A stretch of 64,000 nucleotides of DNA from Felis catus (Eukaryota): contig NC_058382.1 of the NCBI RefSeq assembly GCF_018350175.1, forward strand, positions 55,492,001-55,556,000, written 5' to 3'. This document shows, piece by piece, positions 52,241 to 64,000 of this stretch (its first letter is position 1; the number at the start of each line of letters is the position of its first letter). Below the pieces are notes generated by a model. It was not told the origin of the DNA, did not search any database, and worked only from the letters and a program-made list of their open reading frames with translations. Both the position numbers and the translations under genes were made by a program.

Positions 52241-55059
52241 TGTTTTCCAGTTGTTTAAATAGTCATATGCCCATGGGGTCTTATTATTATTCCCACAGAA
52301 TAATAAGCAGAGAAGATTGTCTGTACATAAAATACTGTGACAATTTTTCTGAAGTTTACCTCAAGTTGTCTAGTTTAGGCAAACAACAAACATTTAAAGA
52401 CAATCAGAACACCGTTAACATCCATAACGGTGCATTGTTGAAACACAGTTTTTCTCTTTAAAACCCCCCTTTCCAGAGATAGCCAAATTGAGACCAATGC
52501 ATTTGTGAAACAAGTCCAGTCTTAACAAACCTGGCCTGATTATTTACATAAGCTCAGCAAGAATAGCGATTGATCATGAGGATCTTTTAAAGTTTGCTTT
52601 GCTGGGACCTTTTATAAAGAATCTCTGGGTTGAACTTTTAGTAGCTTCTCCAGGCCAGAAGCCAGGCCAAATACTTGCCATCAGACAGGCCTGCAATACC
52701 TGTAGAATTGGGCAAATTCCTCTTTATGAGATCCCCAAGATATCCTGAGGTTCCTGAACCGGCCAGGAAATGAGCTTCTTTACTTACCTGGTGAGGCTGC
52801 TGACAACTCTGTAAGCAAGGTATCAGGCCAACATTTCCAAGGGGCTTTATGACTCCATGTTTCATAAAGCCAACCTTAGTTCCTTAAAGCTGTCTGGTCA
52901 TCTGAGTCCATGAATGCCATCCTCAAATATGACATTCCAGTCAAAGCCTTGGTAACATAACCAGTATTTCCAACGATGATGACCTGTTATAAGATGAACA
53001 GATTCTTATTGAACTTATGCAAACAATTGTAATTGCCATGAAAGAAGGAAAGAATACTCACTGAGAGTTTTTGAATTTCAGGGGAGTTATGTAGAGAGAA
53101 AAGATAAATGCTTCAGTTTATAAATGACTACTTTATGATATTTCTGTATATCATAGGTATCTTAAGAGAAAGTTTCCTTAATCTGGAAGGGCAAACATTA
53201 GAGAACCAGCAATATTTTCAACAAGAATCACAAAACTATAATCTTCCTCAGTTCATTTAATCCCATGTTCCTAATTCTTGTTCAATTTGAATGCAGCTTT
53301 TTAGTTCTGGAAGTTCTTACCCATTTTAGTATTAATCTTAAAGATGTCAAAAACCTGTATGTGTCCCCAAAGTCCTTTGTATAAATCTCCTTGAAGAAGA
53401 AACACGTTTTGTGAGAGAATAAGAACAATTATAAATGACAAAATCTCAGGAATAGACATTGTTAAAGATCTGACGAGAGTTCATTATGATGCAATTGACA
53501 AAGAAATTTGGTTATTTCTGTCACACATAACACTTCAAGTAATCAGAATATTAAGTGATGACCTTATACCAAAACATTAAAGCTTTAGGAATTGCATATA
53601 TATTTGGGCAGTTACAGCTTTTACCTGTGCAATACAACCTAAGGTTTACCATTGTACGACAGTGCTTTTCCAAGTAACTTAGCATCCCAAATAAAAGGGC
53701 CTAATTGGTCAAAAAGACTTCATTTGCCATTTAAATCCTGGGAAGTTTATTAAAACCTTAAGAAGTTATAAATTCATCCTAAATAGGATTACAGATTATT
53801 ACAAATCTTAAAATTTTATTTATTCAACCAAGGTGGCAATAAAAGATCCCAAAGGTGAATGTATAGCTTTATATAGTTGTTACCAAAACCTAGCTCCTTT
53901 AACATTGAGAAGTTTTACCTAAGTGATCAAAGACCTGATAAAGATGAAACCTAAAACTTTGGTTTTCCTGGAAGACAGACCTTTGTTTTCATTGTCTTAT
54001 CAAGAGCAGATTAACAGTCCAAGAAAATTTTATCATTTGAGCAGAGAAAAAGCAGAATTTCAACCTATTATCAGTGTACGTTTGAAATTCCATTCGTCTC
54101 AACCTTAGTCCATCCTGAGCACACACAAAATTCCTTTCCAAAGATTTCCCTTCATGAACCTTCTGCAACTTTCCTTTGCCTTCACACTTTGTCCCAAAGG
54201 CATTTCTCTCCAAATAACCAGTCTCATTTAGGACAAAATTTCTTCTATCCTCAAGAAAAATGTATTTCCATTCCTTGTATCTTTCTTATATACCTCCTAC
54301 TTTCCTACATACAAGGTTGCTTTCCTTATTTCCATCAGTCTTAAGTACACTTAGCAGAATTTTAACTCTTAGGAAACCTTTGTCTCCAATTGAGGACTTA
54401 GTAACCAACTGAGAGGTGTTTACACCAGAATTTTTTTAGATGGTAAATTCATGAACCAATTAGGTACAAAGTGTGTTTTCCAATAGGTCCAAATAGCCTT
54501 AATTTCTCTGCAATAAGAAGTTAAAAACACAAACCTGTGTTCAGTAATCAAAGCGTTAGCAATTTATTTGGAGCAATTTAATTTCTGTTTGGAAAAGATA
54601 GCCAAGTGGGTGCACTTTACTCCTCGACCTTGAGGATGGGAGGAGGAGCCAATGAATGGTGCCTGAGGCACTGAGGAGGGTATAGGAACCAGTTATGTAG
54701 CCCACTCCCAAGTTGATGCAGAAACAGCAGGGGGTGGGGAAGGCAGAAAAGGCAAGGTGCCAGGAGAAGGCAGAGAAGGAAAACCTAATTCAAAACCTTA
54801 ACTCAGACAGAGGAGCAAGCCCCGTGTTTTTTCTCCACCAAAGTGGAAATACGGAGTCCACATCAGGCCAGAGAAGACTGGGAATTTCCTCTAAACAAAT
54901 GGAGTTTCAGCAGCTGCTTGGGAACATTCCGTAAAGTCCCCATCCCAAGGTAGACTAACCACAGTTGGCTCCGATTGTAGCTGTTTACCTGGGAAATGAG
55001 GGAGAATCCCTCGCATCTTTTAGGGGTAGAGGAACAGGGAGAGAGAGTCCGTGTCCCCT

Positions 55060-55993
55060 TCAGTCTGATTCTATCTCAGCCAGACAAATAAGGTCCCCTT
55101 CTTGAGGTTCCTCCTGATATCAGCTGGGTTTCTGGGCCTTTCCCTGGTTGGGACATTTATTCTTTTAATGTCCTTTCTCCTTGCAGTAGGCTCACTGACC
55201 CCTTGCTAAGGAGGTTCTGGGCCTCCTCCCTTTTGGTGGGTAGACCTTCTGTCCTTTTGTTGTGGCTCTCTTGTGCCTCTGGAGCAAACAGGGTGTAAGC
55301 CTCCCATAGCCTCTCATAATAATCCCTGGGGGAATCCCCTTGTTGCTGGGCCTGTTCGTGGGCTTCTCAGCCCCTGCTCTGATTCCCCCAGAGGAGAGCC
55401 TCTTGGTACCGGCAGATGTGGACCGGCATCTGGAGAGCACCTGCGCCTGGCTGAGGGTACGGTCTGACTGCTAGTCCTTGTGGGGAAGGGTTCTCTGGGT
55501 CTGGGAGGGGAGGAGAGATGGGCGGCACGTCAGGGGCTGGAGGAGAGACAGCTGGGGGAGGAGTTTCAAGCTCAGGGGCAGTGGGGAGGGAGCCCAGTGA
55601 GTCACAAGTTGGCGGAAAGATGGGATCTTCCTCTGGTTTCTTGCAAACACTAGGGGAGCGGTGGGTTGCTTCTTTGGCTCCCTGGGTGAGTCTCTGGATA
55701 AAGCAGCTAAAACCTTTGCCTGGCTTTGTTTACTACGGATGAATCGCACCTAAGGCGGAGGATTTCGGGCAATTTCAAGCCAGGAGTCGATGTGTGGAAA
55801 TTGATCAGGGTGACCTAGGTCTCTGGAGACAACATGCCAGATGCTGTGGACCATTGGGACATCCAAAATTCCCTCAGAGAGCCCTCCTACACTAAAAGTG
55901 GGCCGTTCTAACTCACATAGGGTCCTTAATGTGCCAGGGGTTATCTTAATTCCATAGTCTCCCCAAAACCCCTTTCCTCTGTCCTGACCCCAT
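55060..55993 (-). pseudogene. gag: Degenerate gag: MA, Pro-rich region and NC zinc knuckle; CA apparently deleted
   Basis: MGSGQRK start at 55993. MA motifs KGFWGDYGIKITPGTLRTLCELE and GHPDQFPHIDSW. Decayed knuckle Q*AYCKEKGH*KNKCP (~55150-55197). D*RG gag terminus with TGA at 55060-55062. Several stops and frameshifts. Confidence 0.9.
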
Positions 55994-56642
55994 AATGTTC
56001 CCATGAGGCAGAGTTGCAAAGACAGACAGAGGGATGGTGTGCCCCCTCTAATGAGGAGACCAGTCAGATGCCCATCTGGCCGTGTCCCGAAGGAACCTAG
56101 GTGACGCTTAGCCGTAGCAGTCTCAGCTTTGTGCCTTATGATAGGAAACTATTCCAGTGCCACCATAGACTGTGTGCATTCACCACGGAATTGCAGACAG
56201 GTCCACTCAGACTCCATGGGCTTTTGGGAACCTTAAGGGCGCCCGCCCATGGAGCCACAGAATCAAACTCAGCAGGCAAACTAGACTGAGTTGCACATTC
56301 ACACTCACATACACACCAGAGGTTATTACATTCCCTCCCGCAGAATTCCTACCTGTGAGGCCTCTGAAGTCTTGGGGCGTGATCAGGTCCCCCTTCCACT
56401 CTTGCCAGTGGGCCTGACTAGACTGGGCCCAGCCTTACCGGTTCTGATGTTGGGTCCAGGTCATCACCTGCCAAGTCTGCTCAAGTCCGATGGGAACAGC
56501 AGAGTGGGGCTGGCCCGAGGCAACCAAGCAGGAAACTGTGGAAATTGAGGCAGGGCACACCTTCTCTCTTGAGATCCATCATTCTGTCACCGCCTCGCTG
56601 TTCTCCCAAACTGGTGGCAACAATTGGCCAGAGTGGTTGGGT

Positions 56643-56660
56643 TTGCTGGTCAGGGAACCA
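56643..56660 (-). other. Primer binding site, tRNA-Glu type
   Basis: The minus strand reads TGGTTCCCTGACCAGCAA, 4 nt after the 5' LTR. It matches 16/18 to TGGTTCCCTGACCGGGAA, the complement of the tRNA-Glu(CTC) 3' end. Confidence 0.88.
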
Positions 56661-56664
56661 AATA

Positions 56665-56967
56665 TGTTACCAAAACAGGCTGGGATGCTGGCGGAAAAAC
56701 CAAGCGGCACTCGGAGATCTTGGTGGATTGGAGGTGTATTTAACACTGTTGAGCTCAGAGGAGACCGTTTGTCCAAAGATCTGAGCGTCGAATGCAAGTG
56801 GGAAGGGTAATTTATAGTTGTCAGCTTCCGTATCTGTGGCAGGTTTTCATGTGCATGGCAAACAGGGCAAGAAGAACCTGGAAGAGGGGTCTCCAAGCTA
56901 GAGACCAGAGCTTGTTTTAGTGTCATCAGCTATCTTATGATGTAAAACTTTATTCATTTTCCCAGCA
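56665..56967 (-). repeat. 5' LTR of the provirus
   Basis: About 84% identical to 51009-51312 by hand alignment. TATAAA on the minus strand at 56811-56816. The PBS follows it. Confidence 0.93.
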
Positions 56968-57611
56968 AGACAAAAATGATAGTGCCCATTGCTGAGAAAA
57001 TTATAGTGAAAAGAGTACATTGGTAAAATCCTTTTGAAATGCAGTATGACACAATGGAACCAGAACCTTAAAACTATTCCTTTCATCTCACCTGTGATGC
57101 CATTCCCGGGTATATATCCTAAGGAAATAATCCATCAGAAGAAAAGAAAGTATATGTTTCAGAATGTTTATTTCCACTCATCTATAATAGTGGAAAATTG
57201 GGGGGTAAGTAAGCAAATGATACTAGATCACCTTAACCTATAATTATGTAGCCATTAAAGTGGTAATTATGAAGATTACGCAGAAAAATGTCTAAGGCAT
57301 ATTAAGTGGAAAAGAAGAATGTAAAATCTCAAAGTACATTTTGGTTATAACAACATGAAACTATGTCTGTGGATAAAGACCAGAAGGGAGTATATGAAAA
57401 ATGAAAAAAAAAACTATGTAAAAGGTGGAGGGATTATGAGTGATTTGGTGTCTTTGTTTTATAAATTCCAAGAGAGTGGATTGAGATAGTAGGGAAGGAG
57501 CATATACATCTATCTCTTCTCCTATCCAAAGCCTTATGAAATACAAGAAATATGAGCAAAGATATTAAATGTATAGTCACCCCTGAAAACATGAAGGAGC
57601 ATGAAATGAAC

Positions 57612-57820
57612 TAAGGTAATCTGTGGACTTTGGGTGATTATGATGTTCAATGTAGGTTCATCCATGGTAAAAAATGTAATGTTCTGGTGAGTGGTGTTGA
57701 TAACGGGGGAGGCTGTGCATGTGTGGAGGCAGGGGCCATATGAGAAATCTGTGTGCCTGCCTCTAAGTTTTACTGTAAACCTAAAAGCACTTTAAGAAAA
57801 TTAAGTCTTAAAAAAAATGA
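57612..57820 (+). mobile_element. L1MC-like 3' end
   Basis: GGACTTTGGGTGATTATGATG...GATAACGGGGGAGGCTGTGCATGTGT motif. Confidence 0.8.
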
Positions 57821-57837
57821 AGCATAGCTGTGTATTT

Positions 57838-58057
57838 AAAAAAAAATTTTTTTAATGTTTTATTTTATCTTTGAGATCGAGAGAGACAGAGCATGAACGG
57901 GGGAGGGTCAGAGAGAGAGGGAAACACAGCATCCGAAGCAGGCTCCAGGCTCTCAGCTGTCAGCACAGAGCCTGATGCGGGGCTCGAAATCACAGACCGT
58001 GAGATCATGACCTGAGCTGAAGTCTGAAGCTCAACCCACTGAGCCACCCAAGCGCCC
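57838..58057 (-). mobile_element. Can-SINE
   Basis: 21-bp TSD TGAAGCA(T/C)AGCTGTGTATTTA. Confidence 0.95.
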
Positions 58058-59533
58058 TGAAGCACAGCTGTGTATTTAGACATGGGCCTGTCTCTAGGTT
58101 GGTGTCGCTAAAGTGATGAGAGCCAGCCTGATTCCCTTCGTGGGAAGAAAGTGTTCATATATGTACATAAATCCTTGTAAAAATGATACAAAGGGAGAAC
58201 AGAAAGGGATCATGTTTTAAATCATGTAATTTTGGATGTTTGACTCTTCCGCAGCATGAATATATCCCCATGTTAATTATGCAATACAAATTGAAATGAG
58301 AAAAGAAATGACAACATTTTTACTAATTTGTTATCTTTTTTACTGTTACGAATATAAAGTGATACTTTTCCATCTATAATGAAAAATGGAAATTGAGAAA
58401 CCCTGAGGGTGCCTGGATATGTTCCTCTACAAAAGGCATCTTTGGATATTGGCTCAGATTTCCAAATACATCGGGCTAGTCTTGGGGAGCATGGACTCCA
58501 AAGCAGTTTCTTACATCTGTCAGGGACTTCCTCACTGGCTCCCCAACCCTAGGCGAGAGCTCAGGGACCTTCCTTTTCCAGGCCCAGGCTGGTGGTTGGC
58601 TGCGTTTGCTCAAAGGCAGGCTGATGTCCTAATCAGACTGCTTTGCCTGTAGCACTGGCATTTCAGAAACTGACAACTGAGGAGAAAGTGGAAGATAAGC
58701 ACCGTATCACTGGCCAGAATGGGCCTTCCTATTCCTCAGATTAAATGGAAACATATGCCCAATTGTGAATTTTAAACAGTGTTATCAGGGTGTTTTGACA
58801 GCTCATCCAGGAATATAGTATGGTTCTGTTGAGGAGGCAGAAGCTAGAATCCAAATCTCAAAATTTCCCTTTATACATTGGTAAATGAGAGGCTATAGGT
58901 ATAGCTTCCATAGACCTCGGATTCTTGTGTGTGTGTGAGTGTTGCAGGCCATGCCTACATGTGTGTGCATGCACACGCACATTCAGATGTGTACATGCGT
59001 GTGCATGTGTGTGTTACAGCCCCAGTCTAAAATATTTTATGCTATTTTCCTTAGGAAAATATTCCCATGAAAATACTACCCAAAGATACAATTTTGGCAT
59101 TCAAGCCACATTCCCAAGGCAGTGCTGGGCAGGATAGAAGGGTGGTGGGCAGGCGTGCTGGAAATAGTGTAGGGAGCACAGTCTGATGGCAGTTATGCTG
59201 TTTAATGATTTAGAATTTCCATTCTAACTGCATCATCTGTCTGTCCATACACTCAGCAAGGATATTTGTTAAAGAAAAAAGCCACAAAGATATACAGTAA
59301 GTAGATTATTAAATGTAGAAAACAGTTTAAGTATCAAATCTTCATGGAATTGCTTTTGAAAATGGTTCCTTTCCAAGAATCTTTTAAAGTTTAATTTTAA
59401 CACAATTTTTAAATAACTGATGTATTTATGGCCATAATTTTGTGTTCTTGAAAGGAGTAGCTCGTATCAAGATGTTGCCAGCTTGTACATCCTGTGCAAG
59501 ATGTGTGGGGCTGAGACAACTGTCAAAGAAGGG

Positions 59534-59714
59534 GTGTATATGTGCGTGTGTGTGGTTGTGTTTATGTGTATGTAGCTGTGTGTGTGTGGTTGTGGTTGAG
59601 TGTGTGTATGGATGTGGTTTTGTGTGTGTGGTTGTGTTTGTATGTGTGTGGTTGTGGTTGTGTGTGTGTTGTGTGTATGTGTGGTGTTGTGAGTGTGTGT
59701 GTGTGTGTGTGTGT
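59534..59714. repeat. Degenerate TG-rich repeat (TGTGGT units)
   Basis: Directly visible; followed by a pyrimidine-rich tract at ~59765-59912. Confidence 0.9.
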
Positions 59715-59947
59715 AGTGAGGATAGGAAAGGCCAGGATTAGATGAAGAGCCGCAGTGAGAGCCCCTATTTTTTTCTTCTTTCCTCTTCTCCCTCTTTCTT
59801 CTTTTCCTCTCTTTTCCTCATTACTTCTGCCTTCTCTTTTTCCTTCCCCATTTTACTCTATCTTCCTTTTTCATATCTACTGTTCCTTTCCTTTTCCCTG
59901 TCGTCTCTTTTGTACACAGTTATCAGATTTTTTTTACTGTTTTATGC

Positions 59948-60153
59948 TTTAAATTTTTTCAATGTTTATTTTTGAGAGACAGAAGAGTGAGATGGGGAGG
60001 GGCAGAGAGAAGAGGAAGACACAGAATCTGAAGTAGGGTCCAGGCTCTGAGCTGTCAGCACAGAGCCTGACTCGGGGCTTGAACTCATGAACTGTGATAT
60101 CATGACCAGCGCCGAAGTTGGATGCTTAATCGACTGAGCCATCCAGGTGCCCC
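59948..60153 (-). mobile_element. Can-SINE
   Basis: Head, CT tract and A tail. Confidence 0.92.
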
Positions 60154-63100
60154 TGAACAGGTTTTAATTGGCAGCTAGAATGACCTATTGCCTAAAAGTC
60201 ACTAACTGAATGCCAAACCGAAACATTATAAGGCTGTCTAAACTGATCAAAACAAAGATTTCATTATATCTTAATGTTTGCTCCTCTCTCCAAGGAGAAT
60301 GGTGCCCTGGTGGGTTATGATGGTTGTTCAGGAGAAAGAAAAAACAAATTGAGCTCAGATTATTAAATTTTCTGACCATCAGCTTTTTATGTTAACGGGG
60401 AGAGTAATAGTATCTCCCTCATAGGTATTCATACCATTGTGAACACAAAATAAGAAACGAGGTAGGAAAAAAATGCTATCTAAATATTAGTTATGATTCA
60501 GTGCTCAGAAGGGACAGAGGTCATGGTTCTCCAAGGTTTTGCTCTAAGTTTCATGTTTATGTTTCTAATTTATGGCTTGTTTGCAGCAGCCATGGATATC
60601 CATTGAATTGATGAAACCTTGGTATGTTTACTGAAAACTTTCTGAGAGGGTAGTAAGATATTCATTAAAAAATTTAAATGTCCATGGTATTATCTTCAAA
60701 GAGTCCCATGGACTGTTCCTTGAGGAAAGCCCACGCATAATTATTCATCTTTGCATTCCTGTCACAGTGCCTGGTTCAAGGTTTACACTCAGTAAATACT
60801 TAACAGCATGACTGGATGGATCTAGAACTCCACTTGTGGGAGAGGATGGTGATCTAGACCATTATTAAACAGCTAATACCTGGGAATTGAGCACGAAGAG
60901 TCCAGAATACTCAAAATGATCCTTCATCTTTATAAAGTTGAACAGAAGCCATAGGTAGAAGCAGGTTTTGGAGTGGCTTGCCTTTCATCTTTAGTGTCTA
61001 TAAACTCTCAGACTTTCAGGGCTTTTGGGTTCTTCAAACCTGGCTTTTGGGGGTACCTCACATACCCAGTCCTAAATCCTTCTTGTTGTACTTTCTTTCT
61101 CTTCTAATTTCCATTCCTAACCTCTCCATCCACAGTTTCTCCTCTTCCCAGGGACTGATTTCTTTTCCTTGGCCTCTACAGCAGCTTGTCAACCATCCAG
61201 TTCCATTTGGCTCCACTCTAGAATGTGTGGTGGAGGTAGTGGCAATGGTGGCAGCTTTTGGTCCCAACAAGTAGGCCGTTCGTATTGCTAGTGTTAATCT
61301 CCTCCAGACGTGGCCACCTCTTCATTATGATGCTAATAGAGTCTCTGTCACATCTTCCATGTGGAGTTGTATTACCAAATCCTACTTCTCGTACCCAAGC
61401 TTAACATGGGCTATGCCCTAGAAGGAGGATAAAGTTGGGATTGGGCTGAAGAGAAGGAAAAGACCATCCCAACACAAATGAATGAGCACACTAACATTTT
61501 AGTACAGAGAATATTCACTGAGGATCTAAAATTTTGTTCCTTGTACACAGACCACCAGAGCTCATTATTTTCAGTGGAAGCTGAAGTTGCCGGTGCCATT
61601 GGGGTTGAAAGAAAGATCTTTTCTGGAAGCTGAAAGTAAAGAGAATGAACCAGAGCAACTGAGAGTGAGTTGTGTGTGAGAGCAGGCAGAGTCCAGGCTC
61701 ATCGGTCAGTAGTGAAGGGGTCAGAGAGCATTACTCATTGGAAGAAGTGAAAGGGAGAGGCTGGTGTATGGTGCTGATGGCCAGCAGCTGAATTCCCTGA
61801 TAAAAATTTTTCTTCCTCAAAAGCTGTCCCATGAGCAGCACAAATGGGGTCCTAGCTCCATCACTGCATGGCTTTGGAACCTTAGGCAAGTATCTTGAGC
61901 TCTCTGAATCTGAATTTCTTGACCATAAAATGGGGTGATAGTAATAGATAATATCTGCTCTGCCTATTTCATAGGATTGTTGCAGCATAAAAAAGGACAA
62001 AAATAAATGACCCAAAATGTTAATCAAGTGCTTGTTTTAGGTGAACCAACAGGTCTCACATAGAATAGGAATTATGAGCCAAAAGCCAGAATTACCACTC
62101 ATTTGTAGGTCCCTGTGCCAATGTATATATTTTTTTCCTTTATTGGAAACTTAATCAGTATATTTGAAAATCCTATTCATTGGAAGTCACTTCAATCCAT
62201 AATTGAGCCAATATGTTTTGTAATTAATATAGATACAAAGCAAAACTAGATTTTTAAAATATTTAACTTGACTTTATCAAATTGATACTATATCAGATTC
62301 AGGTCTCAGACATTAGCTTGTGATGAAGTATCCTTTTCAGACACTCACTGTTATCTGTGTCAGTGCTTTTAATAATCTCTTACAAGTGCAGCCAGAGTAG
62401 GCTCATCTCTCAGGACGTCTGCCCTCTTTAGTGTGGGCCCTGGCCATTAGGGCTTAGGAAGCTCGGCTGTGACACAGTCACATTCTACCCATTTATTGCT
62501 GTCCTTGCCTGTCAGCCTTCTGACAGGGGTGGGTTTGTCACTCTATGAGCTGGCTCCTCAAGTGACATTTAGCCATAGTGGCTTACATTGGTCTTCAGAC
62601 ACCTAGAATCTGGCCTAATTAACAAGGCCACCCACACCCCTCCCATCTCCTCCCCAGGAGCCTCCCACAAAGACCAACTTTGGAGTGAGTTTAGTGCTAA
62701 ATTCTTAGCTCGGAACCCTGGCTTTTGATTCTGGCTCCTTGTTATGCAGGGAGGGGACTTAGCGTTAAGGAGATGAAAACAAATCTGACTGTCTGGGAAG
62801 ATGAGATCCAGAGTTGCTGGGCCCAGAGACAGAGTCAGGTATGGGCAGGGGGCCTGTCAGGGGAACCTGAGTAGGAAGGGGAGGAAGTGGGCGTGGCGGT
62901 GGTTATAGCAGGGTTTTAGTGGTGGGCAAAGCAGATAAATGCAATTACCGTAAACTCGTAAATGTGGCCGTTCTCATTGCAGACTTGTGATCCACAAATG
63001 GAGGGGTGTCTAGGAGACAGGAGAGTGTGCTGGTTCCATCAGTAATATGTGACTTGATAAGGCTCCTTAGAGGCAAGCTCAAATGGATTGATAGTGAAAT

Positions 63101-63782
63101 ACAATCTTATTGGTAATAAAAGGAACCTGGCCATTATTGAGATGTATGCTTAATGATCAGTTAAACCTTATGATGATGTACTTAATTCTGATTTGAGAGA
63201 GGGTATTTCGCCAGGGTATGAAAGAACGTATGAATATATCAAAGTGCTTATTTTCCCTCTTTTGGTTTTGGGGATAAGAGGACATTGCATTCAAGTTGAA
63301 AAATACCCCTGTACTCATGTTGTTGAAAAGAAAGGGCTATTTCATTGCTATGGATGGGGTTGGAGTCTCTATCCTCAAATAGAAGAACTAAGGCAGTCAA
63401 CAGCATAAAACAGATAGATACAGATAAAATATAGTTAGCTCTCAACTGTCTGTGTGTGGCTTACATTTTTGTAAGTTAACCTATGGCAAATGCATGCAAA
63501 TCTCTCATGGCTGATTGCAGATATGCACAGAATGGAATGCAAAGTTGTTGGTAAGTTAGATTAAGCCAAATGCAAAAGATGCAAAATTCATAATGAAAAA
63601 CAACTGGTTACTAATAAATCCATTCTTTATTCAACAAATATTAAAGAGTACTTCCTGTATATCACATACTGGAAAAAACATACAGACTCTCTCAACTCGT
63701 GGAATGGACCCTCGGGTGCAGTGGAGATGACCCTACAGCAAAGAGTGATCAAGGAAAATAGTATCCAATAGTGAGACAGTGC

Positions 63783-63975
63783 CAGTGATTCTCAAAGGGT
63801 GGTCCTAGATTAACAGCATCAATGTAACATGGACGCTCGTTTGAAATGCAAATTCTCACAGTGCTCAGATCCACTGGAGACCAACCGAATCAGGAACTCT
63901 GGGGGAGTAGTCTAGGAATTTGTGTTTTAACAAGTTCTACAGGTCATTCTGATTGTCAAGGTTGAGAACCATGGC
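63783..63975. mobile_element. hAT MITE (MER5A-like)
   Basis: CAGTGATTCTCAAA and TTGAGAACCA termini; GAAATGCAAATTCTC and TGTGTTTTAACAAG motifs. Confidence 0.8.
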
Positions 63976-64000
63976 CCTGTGCACAGAAGTAACATTGCCA

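Larger units (their letters stand above)
51009..56967 (-). mobile_element. Defective class I (gamma-like, ERV1) provirus with two LTRs
   Basis: Two ~304 bp direct repeats bounded by TG...CA, PBS, PPT, and gag/IN/env remnants. The 4-bp flanks AAAC and AGAC match at 3 of 4 positions. It sits inside old L1M-like sequence. Confidence 0.95.

Noticed and set aside
60900..61800. Possible ancient Gypsy/LTR-derived sequence
   Set aside because: Only a vague resemblance; no diagnostic motif I can support.

Overview
Felid (cat-family) genomic DNA, judged from about 25 Can-SINEs of the SINEC_Fc type; the species cannot be fixed from sequence alone. The only host coding sequence I can support is the 5' part of MPHOSPH6 (MPP6, nuclear RNA exosome cofactor) on the minus strand: coding exon 1 at 10185-10235 in a CpG-island promoter and exon 2 at 4274-4386. 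Its later exons should lie left of the window. The remaining ~53 kb is repeat-rich (SINEs, MIR, L1M, L2, CR1/L3, MaLR/ERVL LTRs, hAT MITEs). The most notable element is a ~5.96 kb two-LTR class I provirus (51009-56967, minus strand). It has a tRNA-Glu PBS, an HERV-E-like gag lacking CA, an AT-rich non-coding block in place of pro/pol, an integrase C-terminal remnant, and an SU-deleted env whose TM resembles HERV-W/syncytin-1, so it looks like a mosaic non-autonomous ERV. There are also circumstantial splice-site hints of a divergent plus-strand transcript from the MPHOSPH6 promoter. I cannot demonstrate a new biological system. Repeat subfamily names and protein similarities come from recollection, not from a search, and most repeat boundaries are approximate.
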